This document shows positions 24,701 through 30,010 of a stretch of DNA of 30,010 bases, piece by piece. Both the position numbers and the translations under genes were made by a program. Position 1 is the first letter of the stretch. Every line of letters begins with the position of its first letter. The notes beneath the pieces are model-generated. The model searched no databases, was not told the DNA's origin, and was given only the letters and a program-made list of their open reading frames with translations. The DNA is from a virus (Duplodnaviria > Caudoviricetes), in the IMG/VR virus record IMGVR_UViG_3300032332_000429, positions 1 through 30,010 of that record; one strand, 5' to 3'.

Positions 24701-26618
24701 GTGTGGGGAGATCAAACGGAGCATTCAGATCAGCAACAGACCTAGCCCCAAACATCTCGTAGGGCGTGGGGAAATTGTATGGCGTGATCGACGGGGGCGG
24801 CGCCTCTTCTTTAGGCGCAAGCTCTTCAGCCGCAGGCATTTCTGTCACAGGCGCGGCTACTTCGGGCTGTTCAGCAACCGGAGTACGGGACGGTCGGCCC
24901 TCGACAAGCGCACGCATTTGTTGAAGCTTGGCAAGCTTTTCTGCCTGTTTACGCACAGTATCGAAGTCGCCAACTTCAGCGGCCTTGGCCATTTCTTTTT
25001 GCGTAGCCGCAAGTTTTTTGTCCAAAGCATCAGCGGTTTCTATTGTACCGCCAGCACCTTCAATAGCTTTGCCAAGTTCGCCAACCTGCTTAGTCAGCGC
25101 CTGCCACTGATCGTGTAAAGGAATGATTGCCGTGGAGTCACCGCTGCCAGCCGCCGCTTGAATCTGTGCACCAAGTTGATCACGCTGCTGATACAGCGCA
25201 TCATACTGATCCATCAAGTCCGTAACTGTTGGAGGTGCGGGCGGTGCCGCAGGTGGTGCGGCAGGTGCAGCCGCAGGCTGTGCTGCTGCCTGTGTTGCTT
25301 GACGCTGGGCAACCAGCGGTTTAATTAGGTCTTCGCGTTGCCGGTATGCGTCGCGCAAGGGGCGGAGAATATTCTCCATGTGGTCTGACGCCGCTTCGCG
25401 TGCGCCAGCGGTATCCTCTTCCCACTTGGCATAGTCTTGGGGTTTTTTCTTTTTGCTGGGCGCAGCAGGTATAGCCGCACTTAACCGGCTGGCTTCTTCT
25501 TTGGCTGCGGTGTAGTCATCAAACAGCTTGAGTAGGTTTGCGGGTTGTGTGGCCGCAGCTTCTTGTGCAGCAAGGGCAGCGTCTGCTGCCTGTTTCTTAC
25601 GCTGTGCAATCTCAGCGCGAGCGCCACTGCGCTCACTAATCCGACCTACGCCGCCCAGCGGGGAAGTCAATATAGCTTGGAATGCTGTGTTCCCGTACTC
25701 AGCCAATGCTTCGTCATTAGTTAGTGGCAGGCCGGCCTGCGCACGCTCAAGCATTTGCTGCGTGATTCCGATTGGTACTTCGACAGTGCCCTTAGCCGTG
25801 CCTTTGAGTAGCGTGCCGGCGCTTATTTCGCCCCTGCTTAGCTTGGGTAACAGCTTTTCTGATGCCAGCTTCTCGAGTTCTTGCGCAGACTTCTTGGCTA
25901 CCTGATCATCAGTAAAGCCCAGCATCCGTCCAAGGACGCCTTTGCCCATCAACAACCTGTTTTCAATGACATCAAGCGCTGCGCCCGGAATAGCTGTGCC
26001 ATAAGCGGCTGCGGGGTTAACGTCAACAGGCTTGCCTTCGGCTATTTGTGCGCGAGCTTGCGCTTCCAGATTTGCCCCAGCAGTGGGAACATACGAAGAC
26101 AAATACTGGCCGGCCAGTGCGCCCAAACCGCCACCACCAATAGCCCCCAAAGGCCCAAGGAACCTACCAGCCATAGCACCTGCGCGAGCGCCGGCGCCCA
26201 TTGAGGCTAGCTGCGGAACCTGCTCAGCAATCGCATACGGAATCATCCCCACTGCTTGACCCGCAGCAGATAGCAGCCCGTCTTCTTCGTAAGTTTTCTT
26301 TACTTTTTCCAGCGACACTTGGCTGGGGCGAGCTTTCTCAATCTCTTCCATGCGGGCAATACCCGCCTTGGCTGCTTCGCTACCGCCGCCTAGACCCGTA
26401 CGAAATTGCGAACCGTATCTTTGCGCCCCACCAATAAGTGCAGACCCAAGGCCAGTCTTTGGTGCGACTTCAGGGAGCTTCGGCGCCAGTGATTCTACAG
26501 GGCTAAGTCCAAAAGCTTTGGGATACTTTTCAAACGCCGCTGCCCAAGCGTCTTCTGGTTTTTCACCTTCTTTTAAAGGGAAGTACCCGCCATCAGGAAG
26601 CTGGATATATTGCGGCAT
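18720..26618 (-). CDS. Giant polyvalent internal virion protein (FtsK-gamma-like, ParB-like, two zincin peptidase motifs, LPD38-like C-terminus)
   Basis: 2632 aa; Gly/Ala-rich N-terminus; ISGRHRW; HELGH; HEMVGH; C-terminal YK....ER..YW..P....LKIPIPYEIGFLFKALPE. Confidence 0.85.
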   Translation of the reverse strand: MPQYIQLPDGGYFPLKEGEKPEDAWAAAFEKYPKAFGLSPVESLAPKLPEVAPKTGLGSALIGGAQRYGSQFRTGLGGGSEAAKAGIARMEEIEKARPSQVSLEKVKKTYEEDGLLSAAGQAVGMIPYAIAEQVPQLASMGAGARAGAMAGRFLGPLGAIGGGGLGALAGQYLSSYVPTAGANLEAQARAQIAEGKPVDVNPAAAYGTAIPGAALDVIENRLLMGKGVLGRMLGFTDDQVAKKSAQELEKLASEKLLPKLSRGEISAGTLLKGTAKGTVEVPIGITQQMLERAQAGLPLTNDEALAEYGNTAFQAILTSPLGGVGRISERSGARAEIAQRKKQAADAALAAQEAAATQPANLLKLFDDYTAAKEEASRLSAAIPAAPSKKKKPQDYAKWEEDTAGAREAASDHMENILRPLRDAYRQREDLIKPLVAQRQATQAAAQPAAAPAAPPAAPPAPPTVTDLMDQYDALYQQRDQLGAQIQAAAGSGDSTAIIPLHDQWQALTKQVGELGKAIEGAGGTIETADALDKKLAATQKEMAKAAEVGDFDTVRKQAEKLAKLQQMRALVEGRPSRTPVAEQPEVAAPVTEMPAAEELAPKEEAPPPSITPYNFPTPYEMFGARSVADLNAPFDLPTPMEMFGDVDLDRATKFVRDTGKANITHLEQGLNVKRQVAAQLLMDLEKAGVVTPLKGNKREVIKETTTAPAAEAPKVETKTTEIPPAGPVQHAIEDVPPVWLPVNELKLSKDVPQFKEGANEKGVVKPLKGEFAKYAVAPIQVWRRLDGSLEIISGRHRWDLAKRSGRQTIAAQIFDESAGFDKKQAATMDAEINIRDDQGTVSDYVNYFQGAQLSKEEADARGLTRGKGEEAIEIATNGSPELIAAHRAKQVSDSLAASIATEAPKDSRIQAVAIKAAQNKSAAEALNLMRAVQVIAPKPAEGGMADMFGFDESAMLEAQEMAKIATQKQREVGQRLSAITGASKNPKLAAAEGIDIKDPEAVKRRIADLRQLKSAWDNWTTNSDLVGEIRAAMKPAEAVEQPQVNMEVTPARLGVDAEDLENAIKQIDALQAETIVGEDNTPKIQALIKELEAAKIINKDRADEEIALIGTEEAPLTILKDRLVRLVDLLKAAAARERSAKRNKNKNKNAPPAEGTLAQDAQDESDDQDAMFSVGTTDAQRRDAENIAKDVSGKLVWQEGKFGLVRGYGDQTGQPLYVATIGTLRAKVDVDNFTGNQIPAEILKKMRQVKKDLEAADAKKHAKNPFIKHDANGLAFSSSVPAEYRGIIEGWKKLLGIDARVYVSTVEDAKADRDKFTGPHRAVGSTGLDPNERGSARYMAADDSYYITYAPSTSKSLELELIAHELGHVHEKDVFKKAPAETQAAIKADYDKWLASNKGKTAREHIAGLRAKTTGKTTTVTEGLQSKELTFYWSKFGEWYADQVSRWSTTTDKPLTVVEKFFAKLGAAMRRFYANAMQQKYLPAQSMQKFLDGIAKTAKNNGAIAPNAVDAAMDSGSQKRGPEKTFTGQGSLFRSQGEQAAGMPTAEIEDLIKPFRQLPVAPKITVVQSISELPEKIQAQMERDGTQSAPGMYHPPTETIYLVGDNLIDGADVGKTISHEMVGHFGLRGVLGNSYPAVMRSIYQNSKQIQAEANARMQDNPDMSLEVATEESIAERAEKDVSLNWMNRLVNLIRTKLRQWGIWKDAPIGDSEIIRLIRDSHKYVSGVTTKPSETVKALAKIAPSGKPTAKEGDVLYRSRKPTKSVVAQRTSTADDLMSLYTGLTGASSRDATMAGLKDKTNTKALKLRQRIFDQYAALEDVIKKGLDSKVIDALRAQNLMYFLRFGQQRSDIVGQTVTSGPPRLRSEKTNAGTEYFYENDAGGPTLVGMAQALEKAKGYKEEDRENAFTVYLAGKRAEQVGWNKLRFDNPVEAENEYKEVLAHLKQNPADKAAFEAAEKIYQNYNAGLLDFLVQTGAMSKQKAAELKSITYVPFYRVDKEGNIRMETGDERRSIRIGNIKSEPRLKELLGDSEQILPVFTSAVQNTSMLINMAMRNQTVKDTAFVLKDLGIASRIVASKGPYTDNVVHFRVNGVEHHAIIDTDMYGIPAQMIVEGLEGIKVAMPTIVRMLGVPGDIFRKFTVRNPLYIFRQLVRDPVSAWVQSGTSTIPILDSFSTLAKMATGKDTTAQRLQRAGATSSNILVGDSRDMTKFLEDLTAGKWSLQRAFSKLDTVAQQSDAATRQVIYEDSIKKGMSHQQALMRTLESMNFSRRGTSPSMYLLASLTPFMHSQVQGLDVLYRSMRGQLPGADKLEVAQRFAARATLLAMSSFAYAAIMQDDEDYKRAKPEERYGYWWVPTLGLTKENWLKIPIPYEIGFLFKALPEAMVNTAFGDEKAKPALSALWKALGQSVPLDIPQALKPALEVRLGSSLFSGDIESSREKEILPQYRYRTNSTELAKMLGGVGGLSPIQIDYLIRGYTGGVGMAITQMANVFLRAPEAENVAQPTTKLSEVPLIGSLFQTTEGRGALDATYNLIEEIQQYKGAYNKLIQDGKPEEAARFANENASVLAASSMAGYMKKTLGEMAKQARIIKSSPQMTTEQKDAALENLYISQLALSRNFLKNAERTTLR

Positions 26619-26620
26619 GT

Positions 26621-28717
26621 TTAACGACCGTAGACTTGGGCTGTTCCGGGGTTGGTAGTGGTGTTAATACCGCCAGCAATTCCTTGATTAAACAGACTGT
26701 AGGCACGCTTTTGTTCCATGAACTCTTTTATCCAAGCCTGTTTATCTTTCATTGGCGGGAGCACTGCGCCTGTTGTTGCCGCCGCTTTCGCATGCTCTAG
26801 CGCTTGTTTTTCGTATGCCGCCAGCGCAGTGTCAATATCATTGACACTATTCATAAACTCGACACCTTTACGAATTTGCGCTGAAGTCGGGATTGTGCCG
26901 GGTGGGGCACCGCCAAGCTCTGCATAAAACCTAGCTTGCGCGGATGGCAGGTTAGCCGCAAACAGTGCCGCTTGTTTTTGCGCTTCAATCTGCGCCTGTG
27001 TGTTAGCTGCTGATGCTGCGCGATTGGCTGCGTTTTCTTGTTGGGTAAAACCAAACTGTGCTTTGGTTTGTTTCCACTGCTCGGCTGTTTGATTAGCCAA
27101 ACTATAGATATTCCCCGCTAGCGCACGATCACCGCCGGCAAGCCTTAACGTACCATCAAGCATGTTTTGTTTGCGGCTTTCATCTCTATCGGCAATGCGT
27201 TGTTTAAGCGAAAACTCGCGATCAAAGTCACGTTCTTTCTGCGCATCACGTAGATTTTCAAGATCGGCGTCCATACGAGCCAAATCTTTTTTAGCAGCCT
27301 TGAAGTCCTTCATGGCTGCTTGTGCGTCCTTGACCCCGACTTGCAAACCTTGTGCAATGTTCTGCATGGCGTTGCGCGAAGTGCCGGATGCCATAGCTAA
27401 ACCGGCGGAGATCAAAAAGTTAGCGCCGCGCTCGCCCCTTTCTTTTTCAAGTTCTCTGCGCTGTTCTTCAATATACGCTTCGGTTTTTTGCCCAACTTCT
27501 TTTGACGGGCGTGTTTTAAAAAATTCAAGCGTCTCTTTGTCTCGCCGCTCCCCTGCTCTATTAAGTAGCGTTTGCCCTTCGATATATTCCGGCAACAAAG
27601 AAAACTGCCCCGCTTCACGTATAGCTTGTTCAGGGGTTTTACCTACCGTCGCTCCTTCGGGAATAAGTGAATTAATCCCTGTTGTGGACGGTCTTCCTGC
27701 ACCTGTACTTAAACGTGAACGATCTCCACCAAGCGATCTATAAAGATCCGCAAATGATTGTTGGGGCGCTGCTGGGGCCGCAGGCGCAGGCGGCGCTGAA
27801 GGAGGGGGCATAGTTGCGTCGCCATATACTGGCCGACCCGTTGCGTACTCTTCCGCCGAGGGCGGAGCAACACTACGAATACCGCTTCTTGCTTCGCGCT
27901 GTTGAGCAACCTGTGCTTGGACCCCCGGAAGCTCACGCGCGCGATTAGCGGCAATGTCGTACTCTTCCGTCTTACCGCCGGGAAGCAGGTTACCAATTCC
28001 GCGTGTTATAAAAGAACCCATTGATTCTTGGCCCGCATACAACTCAGGTCCAGTAAGCGCGGTAACTTTTGGAGCGGCAACAGCGCTAGTTTGTGCAGGA
28101 ATAGAAGCAAGATCTCTTGGGGGCGCAGCAGCCGCACCCTTTCTGTTCCTAATAAACCGCTCAATCGCATCCTCGGATATTCCGTACTCCCGACCCCGCG
28201 CACGCATCTCGTCTTCGCTAACATTTTCAAACATAGATGGGGGCGTACCAGCAGCCATACGAATCTCGCCGCCATCAGCATACCCAGCGATCCCGCCGTC
28301 AGCCATCTGCTCCATGTTAGGCGCGGGTAGTTGCCCGATACCTTGCTGCTCTGGCAACGGAGGGGGCGAGGCCGGGGGCATCTGCATTCCCGGCGGACCT
28401 TGTGGGGGCATACCCTGCGGTGGTGGTTGGCCTTGTGGCCCTCCGGGTGGGGGCATTGGCGCTCCGCCTTGCGGACCCCCCTGCATTGGTGGCTGCTGCC
28501 CACCAAGAGCTTGCAGTGCTTGGTCTACAACTGTGGGTTGTTTCTGTCCAGACATCAGCCCTTGCAGCCGCGCCACTTCTTCTTTGCGATCCTTGTCAAT
28601 CTGCATTGCAAGACCGACCGCAACAGCATCGTCGTGATGCATAGCAGCAAACTGCTGCAACTGCGGACCTGTCATCCGCTCAAGCATTGGCTGGAGTTTT
28701 GCGATGTTAGGCAGCAT
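26621..28717 (-). CDS. Internal virion (ejection) protein
   Basis: 698 aa; Pro/Gln-rich region, MADGG/YADGG repeats, LISAGLAMASG hydrophobic segment, coiled coils; lies between two other internal proteins. Confidence 0.7.
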   Translation of the reverse strand: MLPNIAKLQPMLERMTGPQLQQFAAMHHDDAVAVGLAMQIDKDRKEEVARLQGLMSGQKQPTVVDQALQALGGQQPPMQGGPQGGAPMPPPGGPQGQPPPQGMPPQGPPGMQMPPASPPPLPEQQGIGQLPAPNMEQMADGGIAGYADGGEIRMAAGTPPSMFENVSEDEMRARGREYGISEDAIERFIRNRKGAAAAPPRDLASIPAQTSAVAAPKVTALTGPELYAGQESMGSFITRGIGNLLPGGKTEEYDIAANRARELPGVQAQVAQQREARSGIRSVAPPSAEEYATGRPVYGDATMPPPSAPPAPAAPAAPQQSFADLYRSLGGDRSRLSTGAGRPSTTGINSLIPEGATVGKTPEQAIREAGQFSLLPEYIEGQTLLNRAGERRDKETLEFFKTRPSKEVGQKTEAYIEEQRRELEKERGERGANFLISAGLAMASGTSRNAMQNIAQGLQVGVKDAQAAMKDFKAAKKDLARMDADLENLRDAQKERDFDREFSLKQRIADRDESRKQNMLDGTLRLAGGDRALAGNIYSLANQTAEQWKQTKAQFGFTQQENAANRAASAANTQAQIEAQKQAALFAANLPSAQARFYAELGGAPPGTIPTSAQIRKGVEFMNSVNDIDTALAAYEKQALEHAKAAATTGAVLPPMKDKQAWIKEFMEQKRAYSLFNQGIAGGINTTTNPGTAQVYGR

Positions 28718-28726
28718 ACCGATACC

Positions 28727-30010
28727 TTACCCGATTTTTGAAATTGCTAGCGCGGAAAGTCCAGAAGGCACGCGCTTAACTTGCCCGCCTTTTTTACCAC
28801 CAAAAGCTTTGTACATCTGCGCAGCCCCTATGCCTGCGGTTCCAAGACCTGCCAGTTGTGAAACCATACTTGGTGCTGCCTGATACATTGTCTGCGATGC
28901 GTTTGTCGGCGTACCGCGGAGGATATCCGACATGTACCCAACCTGCTGCATTGGGTAGCGCTGCTGATTAAGGAAGTCTTGGTATTGCTGGCCCAGAATG
29001 TCTTGGTTCAGGCGCTGCTGTTGCCCGCCCATCTGGTTCTGGAAGTTGTAGATGCCTTGCATCTGGTTGGTGTACTGGTTTCCTAAGTTACCGTACTGCC
29101 CCATGCCCTGCATACCGGCCTGCAAACCTTGCAACCCAAGCCCAGCGCCATACTGGCGTGACTGTTCGTTTAGTTGGTTGGCGGCTTGGCCATACTGCGC
29201 GCCCATACCTGCGGCCTGCATTTGCTGACCATACCCAAACTGCCGTGAAGCTTCAGCCTGTTGCTGAGCATTAGCGCGTGCTTGTTGATTAAGCTGCTGC
29301 GCTTGCATGTTTAGCTGGGGGTTCTGCATCGCAGCTTGTTGATTGAACTGCCCCTGCTGCATCCCGTACTGACCGGCCAGCCCTTGGTTAGCTAGCGCAA
29401 TCTGGTTCTGTGCTTGCTGATTAGCTAAGTTTGTCTGCTGACCAAACTGCCCCTGCTGTAAACCGTACTGCCCCGCCAACCCCTGATTAGCCAGAGCAAT
29501 TTGATTCTGTGCTTGCTGGTTGGCCAAGTTTGTTTGTTGCTGGTTTTGTGCGTTTTGTTGGTTAGCCTGCTGCCCGAACTGCCCCTGTTGCAGCCCGTAC
29601 TGTCCTTGGAGCGCTTGATTAGCAAGGTTGGCTTGCTGTTGCAACTGCGCATTTTGTAGGCCGGTGTTGTACCCCATCTGTTGGTTAGCAAGCCCAGCCT
29701 GCAAACCAGTCGCTTGATTAAGTTGCTGCGCGGTCAGCCCAGTCTGTGCGCCAAGACCTTGGGTTTGTAGCGCGGCGCTAAGATTCTGCACGCCAGCCTG
29801 CTGTTGGGCTTGTTGATTAGCAAGGTCTGCCTGAAGTCTGCTTGCAGCTTCAGTATTGTATTGGCCCATGCCTGACTGATATGCACCCTGCAAACCTTTG
29901 GCTTGAATGTCACCAAGCTGCGTAGCCAAATTACGATTAGCTTCAGCGTTCTCTAGCGCTGCGGCAGACCCGCCGTATGCGCCTTGTTGTGCTCTTGCGC
30001 CTCTTCGTTG
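28727..30010 (-). CDS. Gln/Gly/Asn-rich internal virion / DNA pilot-like protein (5'-truncated by the window)
   Basis: Frame stays open to 30010 (QRRGARAQQGAYGGSAAALENAEANRNLATQ...); 11-residue repeats; C-terminal QLAGLGTAGIGA. Confidence 0.75.
   Translation of the reverse strand, partial: QRRGARAQQGAYGGSAAALENAEANRNLATQLGDIQAKGLQGAYQSGMGQYNTEAASRLQADLANQQAQQQAGVQNLSAALQTQGLGAQTGLTAQQLNQATGLQAGLANQQMGYNTGLQNAQLQQQANLANQALQGQYGLQQGQFGQQANQQNAQNQQQTNLANQQAQNQIALANQGLAGQYGLQQGQFGQQTNLANQQAQNQIALANQGLAGQYGMQQGQFNQQAAMQNPQLNMQAQQLNQQARANAQQQAEASRQFGYGQQMQAAGMGAQYGQAANQLNEQSRQYGAGLGLQGLQAGMQGMGQYGNLGNQYTNQMQGIYNFQNQMGGQQQRLNQDILGQQYQDFLNQQRYPMQQVGYMSDILRGTPTNASQTMYQAAPSMVSQLAGLGTAGIGAAQMYKAFGGKKGGQVKRVPSGLSALAISKIG

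Larger units (their letters stand above)
1..30010. mobile_element. Tailed dsDNA bacteriophage genome segment (podovirus-like)
   Basis: Phage-type PolA/VRR-NUC/SNF2/primase-helicase module, dense overlapping mini-ORFs, giant internal virion proteins on the opposite strand, no cellular housekeeping genes. Confidence 0.95.

Noticed and set aside
18720-26618. Virion RNA polymerase, or DarB-type methyltransferase/helicase, inside the giant protein
   Set aside because: No RNAP catalytic motifs, NPPY/F or Walker/DExx motifs were recognised
28727-29929. TTG at 29929 as the gene start
   Set aside because: The frame remains open to the window edge, so the true start lies outside the window
1-30010. 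tRNA genes, integrase, introns or inteins
   Set aside because: No cloverleaf-sized intergenic candidates or recognisable motifs; polymerase, helicase and primase ORFs are uninterrupted

Overview
A 30 kb segment of a tailed dsDNA phage genome, probably podovirus-like (inferred from the internal-virion/ejection proteins). There are four blocks. (1) 49-2814 (+): an early cluster of small hypothetical genes, including a Cys-rich putative Fe-S protein, separated by GC-rich hairpins and closed by two tandem intrinsic terminators. (2) 2815-3380: a structured non-coding region with three 24-bp direct repeats, two 19-bp palindromes and an AT-rich core flanked by inverted GTCC/GGAC motifs, which is a likely replication origin or control region. 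(3) 3383-18751 (+): a replication/middle region with DUF3310, VRR-NUC, family A DNA polymerase, Cas4-like PD-(D/E)XK nuclease, about 20 mosaic mini-genes, SNF2 helicase, SSB-like protein, Cro-like HTH and a primase-helicase. (4) 18720->30010 (-): three convergently transcribed internal virion proteins. One is a 2632-aa polyvalent protein carrying an FtsK-gamma-like domain, a ParB-like domain, two zincin peptidase motifs and an LPD38-like C-terminus; another is a Gln-rich protein with 11-residue periodicity that is cut by the window end. No tRNA, rRNA, CRISPR array or integrase was seen. All family assignments come from motif recognition by eye, not database searches.
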